Shown piece after piece: positions 1-8,610 of a stretch of 55,053 bases of DNA. The DNA is taken from contig JAUWIN010000003.1 of the NCBI GenBank assembly GCA_030605345.1, forward strand, positions 1 through 55,053, written 5' to 3'. The notes under the pieces are model-generated. The model did no database searches. It was not told the origin of the DNA and saw only the letters and a list, made by a program, of their open reading frames with translations. Each line of letters starts with the position of its first letter. Position 1 is the stretch's first letter. Made by a program: the position numbers and the translations under genes. This stretch comes from Candidatus Brocadiia bacterium. Its GTDB lineage: Bacteria > Planctomycetota > PUPC01.

Positions 1-600
1 ATCGAAAACATCGAAAACAAAATCCTCGAATCAGCGAGGGCCGAGTCCGAGTCCGTCGTAAGCAAGGCCAAGTAGCAGGCACGAAAGCTCGTCCAGGCAG
101 CGGCAGCCGAAAACAAGGCACGCTACCAGAAGGCTCTCGACGAAGCCCGCGCCGTACTCGAGCAGGAGCACGGCCAGAAGACCACCTCAGCCAGAGCCGC
201 CAGCAACCTGGAGCTGCTCACACACAAAACCGAAATCCTCGACCAGGTCTTCAAAGCGGCGGTTGAACGCTTCATCGGCGACCGGGGCAAAGAATACCGC
301 AAGTGGCTCGCAGCGCGACTCGAGTCCGTCGCCACAGAAAAAGGCACCGTCCTTCCCGCGGAGGCCGACCGGGAAATCATCGGCGAGCTGCTCTCGAACC
401 TCGCGGCCAACGAAGGACTGTCGCTCGCCGAGGACTCCGCACCCCTTCGCGGCGGCTTCCTGGTCAGTGGCGAGAAGGCGGATTTCGACCTCTCGCTCGA
501 TACCGAACTGGAACAAGTGAAAACACAACTGCTGCCAGAGTTAGCCCGGAGGGCATTTGACGGGCGCACCGCCGATGAACACTACCAGAAGCAAACGTAG
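1..600 (+). pseudogene. atpE: V/A-type ATP synthase subunit E, 5'-partial at window edge, interrupted by one in-frame TAG (73-75)
   Basis: Frame +1 is open from base 1 to TAG 598-600 except for TAG at 73-75. The translation IENIENKILESARAESESVVSKAK*QARKLVQAAAAENKARYQKALDEARAVLEQE...GGFLVSGEKADFDLSLDTELEQVK shows the charged coiled-coil N-terminus plus globular C-terminus of subunit E. No ATG/GTG/TTG occurs in frame between 76 and 516, so the part after the TAG cannot start on its own. It lies directly upstream of the C-F-A-B-D genes. Confidence 0.7.
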
Positions 601-633
601 AGGTCTATCCACACCAGGTTTGGAGAGTGCAAA

Positions 634-1626
634 GTGACGCGTCCGACGGACTGGTGCTATCCGAGCGGAGTGGTGGCGGTGCTGGAGACGTCCCTGTTCG
701 GTTCTGGGACGCTCGGTGAACTGGCCGGTTCTGCACCGTCGCCGGACGAAATCTTCTCCCGCGTGCGGCGCAGCCGGGTCTACGGCGCCGTTGAGGCATC
801 GGAGGCCGACGACGCGATGCGGGCGGCTGCGTCGCTTGAGTCGGCGGTGGTCGGCTTCGCAAGGTCGTTGGCCGCACAATGCCCCGACGAGCGGGTTGCG
901 GACGTGTTTCTGGTTGAGTATGACCTGCGGGACCTGTCGAACTATCTGAAGTGGAAGTATTGTGGAGCGGAACGTCGCCCGGTCGAACTTTCCACTCTCC
1001 CCGAGGAACGGACCGACCAGTTCATTGTTGAGCAGCCGCGCCTCGCGCGGCTCGCAGAAGCCACGGCTGAGGTTGCGGAGGCGGCTGAGGGACAGATGCC
1101 TTCATACATCATCGACCTGATGATCGACGGCGCGTTTATCGGAATGCTGCCCGAACTGACTGAACCGCTCAGTTCAGAGATTGTGGACGAATGGGCAGCA
1201 GAGCGCCGCCGCACCGCGGCGGTCGAGGCGGTTGTCCGCGCCAAAATGGCTGGGGTGAGCAGTTCCGACATACACCATTACGTTCTCGCCCGACTGCCGT
1301 CCGAATCGGCGATGGCTACGCTTGCCGACGCCGCGCCGGACAACTTGTCCAAGGCTCTGGCGGACGCGGTGTCTCCGGAAATCGCCGAGGGGTTCACTCT
1401 GGCGGCTGGGCCAAGCGGATTGCTGGATTTGACCGCTCAGTTTGACGCGGCGCTGGAGCGGATTCTCGAGCCAGCGCGATACGTAGCATCCGGGCCGGAG
1501 CGGGTGTTTAGTTTTCTGTGGCACTTGTTCCGGGAGAACCGCAACCTGCGGGCGCTGCTCGGGGGCTCGGCCGGAGGAATCGAGCCGGAAGTGGTCGCAC
1601 GAAGCATGCGAGGCGTCAATGTTTAG
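634..1626 (+). CDS. atpC: V/A-type ATP synthase subunit C (eukaryotic d-like)
   Basis: 330-aa ORF with GTG start, between the E and F genes. The length and the helical motifs (YDLRDLSNYLKWKY, LFRENRNLRALLGG) are typical of subunit C. It overlaps atpF by 8 nt. Confidence 0.7.
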   Translation: MTRPTDWCYPSGVVAVLETSLFGSGTLGELAGSAPSPDEIFSRVRRSRVYGAVEASEADDAMRAAASLESAVVGFARSLAAQCPDERVADVFLVEYDLRDLSNYLKWKYCGAERRPVELSTLPEERTDQFIVEQPRLARLAEATAEVAEAAEGQMPSYIIDLMIDGAFIGMLPELTEPLSSEIVDEWAAERRRTAAVEAVVRAKMAGVSSSDIHHYVLARLPSESAMATLADAAPDNLSKALADAVSPEIAEGFTLAAGPSGLLDLTAQFDAALERILEPARYVASGPERVFSFLWHLFRENRNLRALLGGSAGGIEPEVVARSMRGVNV

Positions 1627-1978
1627 GATGGTCGCCATAGGCCCTGAGCGCTTCACGCTGCCGCTCGGAGCAATCGGTTTCGAGATGGCGGAAACGAGGC
1701 CTGATAACTTCGTTGAGGAGCTTCGGCGCCTCCTCGCAGACCGGGCCGTGGCGCTGGTTGTCTGCGGTGAATCGTTCGTAACGCAGGCCGTCATGGAGGA
1801 GTTCAAGGAGACGACTGCGGCGGCCAGCGCGACGGTGTTGGTGGTGCCGGACGGTCCCGAAAAGCGCGGAATTGGGTATGAAGTCGTCCGCACCGCCATC
1901 GAGCGAGCCGCGGGGGTTGACCTGCTCAGTTCCGCCGAGGCGGAGGATACTGCCGAAACCAGGTCAAGCACTGGCTAG
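1619..1978 (+). CDS. atpF: V/A-type ATP synthase subunit F
   Basis: 119-aa ORF starting MFRMVAIGPERFTLPLGAIGFEM, followed by ALVVCGESF. The size and its position immediately before the catalytic A subunit fit subunit F. Confidence 0.65.
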   Translation: MFRMVAIGPERFTLPLGAIGFEMAETRPDNFVEELRRLLADRAVALVVCGESFVTQAVMEEFKETTAAASATVLVVPDGPEKRGIGYEVVRTAIERAAGVDLLSSAEAEDTAETRSSTG

Positions 1979-1994
1979 AGGAAACAAACAGAAC

Positions 1995-3800
1995 ATGTCG
2001 GACAAAGCCGAAGGAAAAATAATCAAGGTTTCGGGCCCGCTGGTGGTCGCGGTTGACCTGGAAGGCACCAAGATGCACGAGGTGGTACGGCTCGGCAGGC
2101 AGCGCCTGTTCGGCGAGGTTATCGAAATCCGCAGCGACAAATATTCGATCCAGGTGTATGAACAAACAGAAGGACTTGGCCCCGGCGACCCGGTAGTCCG
2201 CACCGAAATGCCCCTTACCGTCGAACTTGGCCCGGGCATGATAGGCACTATCTTCGACGGCATCCAGCGCCCGCTGGAAAAAATCATGGGCCGGGCCGGG
2301 AACTTCATCAGCCGGGGGGTTGACATTCCCGCTCTCGACCGGGACAAGAAGTGGCACTTCGTCCCCGACGCCGCAGAGGGCGATGTGGTCAGCGCGGGCG
2401 AAATCGTCGGCCACGTAGATGAGACCCAGGCCATCACCCACAAGATAATGGTGCCAAGCGGCATCGAAGGCAGGATTACCTCCATAGAAGAGAAGAACGC
2501 CACGATTGAAGAAACCGTGGCGGTGATTGAGGGCGAATCCGGGGCGCACCATCTCAAGATGCTTCAGCGCTGGCCCGTGCGTGAGGCCCGGCCTGTGGCC
2601 GAACGGATTCCGCCGACTGAGCCGCTGGTGACGGGCCAGCGGGTCCTCGCCACACTCTTCCCCATTGCCAAGGGCGGCACCGCCTGCGTGCCGGGGCCGT
2701 TTGGCTCGGGCAAAACCGTCGTCCAGCACCAACTCGCAAAGTGGGCCAACGCAGAGTTCATTGTGTATGTCGGATGCGGGGAACGCGGCAACGAGATGAC
2801 CGATGTCCTGCTGGAGTTCCCTCAACTCAAGGACCCCCGCACCGGCCGCCCGCTGTTCGAGCGGACTGTGCTCGTCGCCAACACCAGCAACATGCCCGTG
2901 GCCGCCCGCGAGGCGAGCATTTTCACAGGCATAGCGATGGCCGAGTATTTCCGCGACATGGGCTACAACGTCGCCGTGATGGCCGACTCCACCTCGCGCT
3001 GGGCTGAGGCGCTCCGCGAAATCTCCGGCCGGCTGGAGGAAATGCCGGGCGAAGAGGGATACCCCGCTTACCTCGGCAGCAGCATCGCCGGGTTCTACGA
3101 ACGCGCAGGCAAGGTCACCTGCCTCGGCTCAGACCGGCGGCAGGGCAGCATCAGCCTCATCGGCGCCGTCCGCCCACCGGGCGGCGACATGTCCGACCCC
3201 GTAGTCCAGGCCACACTCCGAGTGGTCCGGGCATTCTGGGGACTCGACGACCGCCTGGCATCCGAGCGCCACTTCCCAGCCATCAGCTGGCTGACCAGTT
3301 ATTCGCTATACACCAGAGAAATCGACAAGCACGTCAGCCAGACCATCGGCCCCGAATGGCAGAGGAACCGCACCGAGGCCAGCGCACTCCTACAGCGCGA
3401 GGACGAACTCCAGGAGATGGTCCGCCTGGTCGGCATGGAAGCGCTGTCGGACTCCGACCGGCTCACCCTCCAGACCGCGAAGATGATCCGCGAGGACTTC
3501 CTCCAGCAGAACGCGTTCATGGACGAGGATACGTACACTTCGCTGGAAAAGCAGTTCAAGATGCTGAACCTCATCATCCATTACCACCACAAGAGCCGTG
3601 AGGCGCTGGAGGCTGGCGCCGACATCGACAGCCTTACCAGCCTCCCAGTGCTCGAGCGCATCGCCCGGGCGAAACTTCTGCCGGAGGACAAACTGGAAGA
3701 GTTCGACAGCATACTGAAGGAAATCCAAGAACAAACGGCCGAAACCCACATCTCGAAAAAAGAATATCCGAACTCGACAAGAAATCCCAAATCGAAATGA
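1995..3800 (+). CDS. atpA: V/A-type ATP synthase catalytic subunit A
   Basis: Starts MSDKAEGKIIKVSGPLVVA. It has the Walker A motif GPFGSGKTVVQ, plus ANTSNMPVAAREASIFTGIAMAEYFRDMGY and ADSTSRWAEALREISGRLEEMPGEEGYPAYL. I chose ATG 1995 rather than the ORF-track start 1872, whose extra 41 residues overlap atpF and look non-native. The last ~20 codons are AT-rich (see findings). Confidence 0.95.
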   Translation: MSDKAEGKIIKVSGPLVVAVDLEGTKMHEVVRLGRQRLFGEVIEIRSDKYSIQVYEQTEGLGPGDPVVRTEMPLTVELGPGMIGTIFDGIQRPLEKIMGRAGNFISRGVDIPALDRDKKWHFVPDAAEGDVVSAGEIVGHVDETQAITHKIMVPSGIEGRITSIEEKNATIEETVAVIEGESGAHHLKMLQRWPVREARPVAERIPPTEPLVTGQRVLATLFPIAKGGTACVPGPFGSGKTVVQHQLAKWANAEFIVYVGCGERGNEMTDVLLEFPQLKDPRTGRPLFERTVLVANTSNMPVAAREASIFTGIAMAEYFRDMGYNVAVMADSTSRWAEALREISGRLEEMPGEEGYPAYLGSSIAGFYERAGKVTCLGSDRRQGSISLIGAVRPPGGDMSDPVVQATLRVVRAFWGLDDRLASERHFPAISWLTSYSLYTREIDKHVSQTIGPEWQRNRTEASALLQREDELQEMVRLVGMEALSDSDRLTLQTAKMIREDFLQQNAFMDEDTYTSLEKQFKMLNLIIHYHHKSREALEAGADIDSLTSLPVLERIARAKLLPEDKLEEFDSILKEIQEQTAETHISKKEYPNSTRNPKSK

Positions 3801-4975
3801 GAAAATAGTAACAACACATAATCAGAAAATGGGACGCACTAAAACCAAACCGTTCGGGTGTCCCCCGACAGCCTGGCGTGCTTCTCCTTTTCACGGCAAC
3901 ATGTCTTACTGAGAGCGACTTGATGTACCCTGCAGCCTCGCCACCATAGGAAAATTCGTGAACATGAGCCATTCAATAATCTGCAAAAGTGGAAAGACAC
4001 ACATACGTGAGGGGAAACCAACTAATGGAAACGTTCCAGAGTGAAGTTGGATTTAGCTACAAGACAGTTAAGGTAACCCAAAGTCGAATCGACAAAGGTT
4101 TATTGTCGATCCCGGTGTCTTTAATCGAATATTTCCCCAAAAACAAAAGGAAGATTTACGTAACTCTTGAAGGCAGCAAGAACCCAATTCCAAGAACCTT
4201 CATCCCATATTCTAGCAGCAGCAAAGAAGCCAGGATTGGCGGCATGACCCAATTTTACAACAAATTTGGAATTAACGACGGGGATGAGCTCGTAATCCAG
4301 ATTCTCGCCGACGACAAATACAGGATTCTCAGAGAGGACACGTTTAAACATAGCGTCAGAAACACTCAGAATGAACTAGACAATTCGAAAGATGAGGAAA
4401 ATGCAATTTCAAAACTGAGGCAAATCCGCGATATCGCAAATTGCGATTTCAGGACGACCTTGTTAAATGAGTATTTTAGACTTTCCAAAAGAGCAGTTGT
4501 AAAGAGGAAATATAATAAATCCAGCCTACGTAAAGCAAAGGAAGGTGTTCCCCCCTCCATCAGAAGGATAATAACGGAGATCTATGACGGGAAATGCCAG
4601 ATTTCCGGATTCAGCTTCCTGATGAAAAACGGTAAACGGTATATTGAAATACATCATATAAAACCCGAACTGGGGAATCACCTGAAAAACCTTTTACTGG
4701 TGAGCCCCAATGTCCACGCGCAATTTACCCATGCACACGTGCGGCGGTTCTTTGACGATGAAGGTTGGTTGAGGCGAGTGAGATTTAATGATCGCCAATA
4801 TACCGTGTACCAGATGCTTGATAATATACAGAAGCCATTTGAAAAGGAAGTTCATTATCTGGATCTGTAGAACTGAACGACGAAATTGCCTACCACAATC
4901 AGGGAATTTCAGTTATCTTCTACCCGTGGGCTGTTCGAGTCTTCAGAAAACCCGGATTGACGCACTCGTGCCTTT
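3745..4975. mobile_element. AT-rich insertion (~1.2 kb) between atpA and atpB carrying one HNH nuclease gene; boundaries approximate
   Basis: There is an abrupt compositional drop: hand counts give ~40% GC on lines 4021-4080 and 4381-4440, against 60-80% on flanking lines. It interrupts an A-B gene junction that is otherwise tight. No integrase, transposase or clear terminal repeats were seen. Confidence 0.45.
4025..4870 (+). CDS. HNH (beta-beta-alpha-Me) nuclease with N-terminal B3/AbrB-like DNA-binding barrel-like region
   Basis: The C-terminal region reads DGKCQISGFSF...RYIEIHHIKPELGNHLKNLLLVSPNVHAQFTH, which is an HNH signature (HH-I-x-P ... N ... P-N-x-H). The N-terminal region GLLSIPVSLIEYFPKNKRKIYVTLEGSKNPIPRTFIPYSSSSKEARIGGMTQFYNKFGINDGDELVIQI follows the B3/EcoRII-N-like pattern. 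ATG 4025 is preceded by GAGGGGAAA; an alternative start lies at 3989. AT-rich codon usage differs from the neighbours. Confidence 0.7.
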   Translation: METFQSEVGFSYKTVKVTQSRIDKGLLSIPVSLIEYFPKNKRKIYVTLEGSKNPIPRTFIPYSSSSKEARIGGMTQFYNKFGINDGDELVIQILADDKYRILREDTFKHSVRNTQNELDNSKDEENAISKLRQIRDIANCDFRTTLLNEYFRLSKRAVVKRKYNKSSLRKAKEGVPPSIRRIITEIYDGKCQISGFSFLMKNGKRYIEIHHIKPELGNHLKNLLLVSPNVHAQFTHAHVRRFFDDEGWLRRVRFNDRQYTVYQMLDNIQKPFEKEVHYLDL

Positions 4976-4993
4976 CTAAACGAGGGAGGAGTT

Positions 4994-6397
4994 TTGGTCA
5001 GAGAATATAAGACGGTTCGCGACATCGTCGGCCCGCTGATGCTGGTCGAGGGGGTCGAGGGAATCACGTTTGGAGAGTTGGCCGAAGTCCACCTCCGGGA
5101 CGGCAGCAGGCGTCTCGCGCAGGTGCTCGAAGTGACCACCGACTCCGCCCTGGTCCAGCTGTTCGAGGGCACCCGCGACATCGCACCGGGCAGGGTCAAA
5201 CTGCGCTTCCTCGGGCGGGCGCTGCGGATGGACGTCTCGCCCGACATGCTCGGGCGGACCTTCGACGGGATGGGCCGGCCCATCGACGGCGGGCCGCCCG
5301 TCATACCCGCAAAGACCGTCGACATCAATGGCAGCCCTATCAACCCCTGCGCCAGGGACTACCCCAACGAGTTCATCCAGACGGGCATTTCGACCATCGA
5401 CGTGATGAATACCCTCGTCCGCGGCCAGAAATTGCCCCTGTTCAGCGGCTCCGGCCTGCCACACGCAATGCTCGGAGCGCAAATCGCCCGCCAGGCAAAA
5501 GTCCTCTCCACCCAAGAAGGCTTCTGCGTCGTGTTCTGCGCCATGGGCATCACCTTCGAGGAGTCTGATTACTTCATACAGGACTTCAAACGGACCGGCG
5601 CCATCGAGCGGGCGGTGCTGTTCATCAACCTGGCCGACGGCCCTGTCATCGAGCGGATTGCGGCGCCACGCGCCGCACTGACCGCCGCCGAATACCTCGC
5701 TTTCGAACTGGACATGCACGTCCTCGTGATACTGACCGATATGACCAACTACTGCGACGCGCTCCGCGAGATCTCCGCGGCGCGGAAGGAAGTCCCCGCC
5801 CGACGCGGCTATCCGGGCTATATGTACACCGATCTCTCGCAGATTTACGAACGGGCCGGGCGCATCCGCGGGCTCAAAGGCTCCATCACGCAAATCCCCA
5901 TCCTGTCCATGCCCGACGATGATAAGACCAACCCGGTCCCAGACCTGACCGGATACATCACCGAGGGCCAAATCCTGCTCGACCGGCCCATGCACGGCGA
6001 GGGCATCTATCCGCCGGTCAATGTGCTCCCCTCGCTCTCGCGGCTGAAGGACAAAGGCATCGGCGAGGGCAAGACGCGCCGGGACCACTCCGAACTGATG
6101 AACCAACTATATGCGGCGTATGCCCGAGGCAAGAGCGCCAAGGAGTTGGCCGTGGTGCTGGGCGAATCGTCACTCTCGCAGACCGACCTGCTGTTCGTAA
6201 AGTTCTCAGACGAGTTCGAGCAAAGGTTCGTCGCCCAAGGGCCCGACGAAAACAGGCCCATCGGGGAAGCGTTAGACCTTGGGTGGGAGTTGCTCGGAAT
6301 CCTCCCCCGTGCGGAACTCAAGCGCTGTAAGCCCGAAACGCTCGACAAATACCACAAACCACGGAAAGAAAAAAAGGAAGTAAAGACACAAGCGTAG
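4994..6397 (+). CDS. atpB: V/A-type ATP synthase subunit B
   Basis: TTG start after GAGGGAGGA. It begins [23 protein letters not shown] and contains [42 protein letters not shown] and [21 protein letters not shown]. It has a Lys-rich C-terminal tail. Confidence 0.95.
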   Translation: MVREYKTVRDIVGPLMLVEGVEGITFGELAEVHLRDGSRRLAQVLEVTTDSALVQLFEGTRDIAPGRVKLRFLGRALRMDVSPDMLGRTFDGMGRPIDGGPPVIPAKTVDINGSPINPCARDYPNEFIQTGISTIDVMNTLVRGQKLPLFSGSGLPHAMLGAQIARQAKVLSTQEGFCVVFCAMGITFEESDYFIQDFKRTGAIERAVLFINLADGPVIERIAAPRAALTAAEYLAFELDMHVLVILTDMTNYCDALREISAARKEVPARRGYPGYMYTDLSQIYERAGRIRGLKGSITQIPILSMPDDDKTNPVPDLTGYITEGQILLDRPMHGEGIYPPVNVLPSLSRLKDKGIGEGKTRRDHSELMNQLYAAYARGKSAKELAVVLGESSLSQTDLLFVKFSDEFEQRFVAQGPDENRPIGEALDLGWELLGILPRAELKRCKPETLDKYHKPRKEKKEVKTQA

Positions 6398-6400
6398 AAA

Positions 6401-6425
6401 GGGAAGTGCCGCTTCCCGTGGCACT
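6401..6425 (+). promoter_or_regulatory. Intercistronic RNA element with two mutually exclusive hairpins (atpB-atpD spacer)
   Basis: GGGAAG(6401-6406)/CTTCCC(6412-6417) can pair, or AGTGCC(6405-6410)/GGCACT(6420-6425) can pair. The two stems share bases, so only one can form at a time. Confidence 0.2.
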
Positions 6426-6450
6426 CCCGGCTGTTGCCTGAGTTCGACAA

Positions 6451-7074
6451 ATGAGAAAGAAGCTCAATCCCAACCGCATGGAGTTGTTCCGGCTGCGCAA
6501 GCGGCTGGTCCTGGCGCAGCGGGGGCACAAACTGCTGAAAGACAAACTCGAAGGGCTGGTCCAGGAGGTGACCGACCTGCTGGGAAGATACAAGACGCTT
6601 CGCCGGCGCTTCGACCAGAAGTTCACCGATGTGCTCGCCCGCTTCACCCTCGCAACGGCCATCGCCCCACAGGGCGCCGTCGCCGAGGCCGTAAGCCAGA
6701 ACGCTTCGACCGCCGAACTCGAAGTGGAGACCCGTCGTGTGATGGGAGTCGCCCTTCCCCGGTTCTATCCGCCAGCCCAGCCCGAGGCATATCGATACAG
6801 CCTCACCCAGACCCCGCCCGAACTCGATGTCGCCTTCGAGGAATTGCGGAAACTGCCCGATGCGCTGTTCGAGCTGGCGGAGGTCGAAAAGACCTTGCAA
6901 CTGCTGGCGCACGAACTCGAGCGCACCCGCCGCCGCACCAACGCCCTCGAACACGTCCTCATCCCCGAACTCCAGGAGCAGCGCAGGGACATCGAGCAGA
7001 AAATCAGCGAACGGGAACGCAGCAACGTCAGCCGCCTGATGAAAATCAAAGACATGCTGATGGCTCAGCAGTAG
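6451..7074 (+). CDS. atpD: V/A-type ATP synthase subunit D
   Basis: The sequence MRKKLNPNRMELFRLRKRLVLAQRGHKLLKDKLEGL ... RRRTNALEHVLIPEL is the canonical subunit D coiled coil. It is the last gene of the operon. Confidence 0.9.
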   Translation: MRKKLNPNRMELFRLRKRLVLAQRGHKLLKDKLEGLVQEVTDLLGRYKTLRRRFDQKFTDVLARFTLATAIAPQGAVAEAVSQNASTAELEVETRRVMGVALPRFYPPAQPEAYRYSLTQTPPELDVAFEELRKLPDALFELAEVEKTLQLLAHELERTRRRTNALEHVLIPELQEQRRDIEQKISERERSNVSRLMKIKDMLMAQQ

Positions 7075-7116
7075 TCGAACTCCTCTCTGTTCTCGACTGG
7101 GAATAGGAGCATCATT

Positions 7117-8610
7117 GTGAGATTCAGAAAGGCCGGCGGTTGTGTGACAATCAGCTCAATCGAAAAGGTCAACAGAGTCAAGTGTTGCGCAATCCTGTTT
7201 ATGGCTGCCAGTACGTTCGCCAACGCGGGCTGCACGACCCTGTTCAGCATAGGCGAATCGGCAGAAAAGCAGGCCAGGCCGTCGCCGGAGGCACTGAGAA
7301 GCATAATTGAAAAGAACGCATCATTCGATCTCAAAAAGTTCCCTGTCGGTTTCTGGAACTATCTCCACATGAGCAGCCATGCTGAACACATCAACGAGGC
7401 GGAAGTGCAGGACTGGGCCGATGCCGGATTCACCCTGACGAAAAGTCCGTCATACAACCCGAAAGACCCGGAGCAACTTCAACTCATGAAAGACCTGCTG
7501 AAGTGGGCGAACGAACGCGGCATGAAGCTCATTGTTCGCGATTGGCGGGTGTACGGAGATGAGCTGCCGCAGCTAATCTCAGATTTTCGCGATAACCCGG
7601 CGGTGTTCGGCTTTCACGTCTGTGACGAGCCACACGGAGAGTCCTGTGAATCGATATTTGAACTTTGCCGGCGGCTCAAGAAAGCCGCACCTGAACGCCA
7701 CGCGTTCATCAACCTCGGCCCCTACGGCCCCGGCGTAGCGGAGTGGCTGGGATTCGACACCTATGCGGACTACATTAATTGTGCCGCGGGCAAGGGCAAT
7801 CTCGATTTTCTCTGCTTCGATAACTATGTCCAGATGAACCCGGGAACCAGCGGATGGGACGATTATTTCGCCAATCTCCGCCTCATCCGAGAAGGCGCCT
7901 GGCGATACGGGATCCCGTTCTGGACTACCTTGGTCTCGGTGGGCCATTACCATTATCGCTGCCCCAACTACGACGACCTGCGGTGGCAATTCAATTCCGC
8001 CATTTGCTCCGGAGCGACCGGGGTCCTCTGGTTCTTTTACTATATGCGCGACCCCCACAGCAATTACCGCTTCCCACCGGTGGACGAATATTGGGAGAAA
8101 ACCCACACATACTACGACCTCCAGCGCATCCAGACCGCCTTCCATAAACGTTATGGAGACCTTTTCCTCAAACTGGCCCCCACGCGGGTTACTTTCTATC
8201 CGGAGGCGTTCGGCGACGGAGAAGTGTTCACACCGAACGAACTTCTCTTGGATGTGTGGACATATAAAAAAGACCGGCGTATCCTTGTTGGCGAGTTCGT
8301 TGATATTGAAGGCCGGCGATACATGATGGTGGTCAACAACAGTACCACCAACAACGCGCACGTCGTGTTGACCTTCCCCAAGCATGCGAAAAGCTACTCC
8401 TGGAACTGGCAGGGAAAAGAATACGAGGGAACGGCGTATTCGCACTTTGGAACCGAACACAGACAAGCAGGTTACGTAGCGGGATACTGGCTTGCCCCCG
8501 GCCAGGAACTTGTCCAGCGCGTCGAGGCCGAGGGAATCCGAAAAACGGAGATTGCAACTCCGACAGATAGTAAAAACGAGAACGACCAGCAAAAAAAGGA
8601 AACACCATGA
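7117..8610 (+). CDS. Putative lipoprotein, glycoside-hydrolase-like TIM-barrel protein (function tentative)
   Basis: GTG start after AGGAG. The signal region ends in the lipobox-like ANAGC. NPAVFGFHVCDEPHGE resembles the acid/base strand of clan GH-A enzymes. The ORF is 497 aa and coupled (ATGA) to the next gene. Confidence 0.4.
   Translation: MRFRKAGGCVTISSIEKVNRVKCCAILFMAASTFANAGCTTLFSIGESAEKQARPSPEALRSIIEKNASFDLKKFPVGFWNYLHMSSHAEHINEAEVQDWADAGFTLTKSPSYNPKDPEQLQLMKDLLKWANERGMKLIVRDWRVYGDELPQLISDFRDNPAVFGFHVCDEPHGESCESIFELCRRLKKAAPERHAFINLGPYGPGVAEWLGFDTYADYINCAAGKGNLDFLCFDNYVQMNPGTSGWDDYFANLRLIREGAWRYGIPFWTTLVSVGHYHYRCPNYDDLRWQFNSAICSGATGVLWFFYYMRDPHSNYRFPPVDEYWEKTHTYYDLQRIQTAFHKRYGDLFLKLAPTRVTFYPEAFGDGEVFTPNELLLDVWTYKKDRRILVGEFVDIEGRRYMMVVNNSTTNNAHVVLTFPKHAKSYSWNWQGKEYEGTAYSHFGTEHRQAGYVAGYWLAPGQELVQRVEAEGIRKTEIATPTDSKNENDQQKKETP

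Noticed and set aside
73-75. Genetic-code reassignment, pyrrolysine or selenocysteine as the explanation for the in-frame TAG (atpE) and TGA (lepA, 44321-44323)
   Set aside because: Both TAG and TGA terminate many well-defined genes in this same window at the expected protein ends. RF1 is encoded here. The lepA site aligns with a non-catalytic Arg. I see no convincing SECIS-like hairpin immediately 3' of the TGA, only generic GC-rich palindromes. No Pyl/Sel machinery lies in the window.
1872-1994. A longer atpA start (ORF-track start 1872) adding 41 N-terminal residues
   Set aside because: The extension overlaps atpF in another frame and is Pro/Arg/Ser-rich. Canonical A subunits begin close to the MSDKAEGKIIKVSGP sequence found at ATG 1995.
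3839-4021. A 60-aa Cys-rich minus-strand ORF inside the insert, upstream of the HNH gene
   Set aside because: It has no RBS and no motif. It sits in the 5' untranslated region of the HNH gene, and its length is at the noise threshold.
3808-4905. Possible direct repeats flanking the AT-rich insert (cacataatcagaaaat near 3815, cacaatcagggaat near 4894)
   Set aside because: Only ~9 bases match, with a gap. That is too short and degenerate to call a target-site duplication or att site without a statistical test or an empty-site comparison.
4976-6106. A 376-aa minus-strand ORF antisense to atpB. Similar cases are 1926-2825, 6007-6954, 7579-8592, 14165-15067, 30792-31751 and 40783-41697.
   Set aside because: Same reasoning as above. 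Each one mirrors a plus- or minus-strand gene with a clear family assignment, and each has a biased Arg/Gly/Ala/Val composition with no RBS or motif support.
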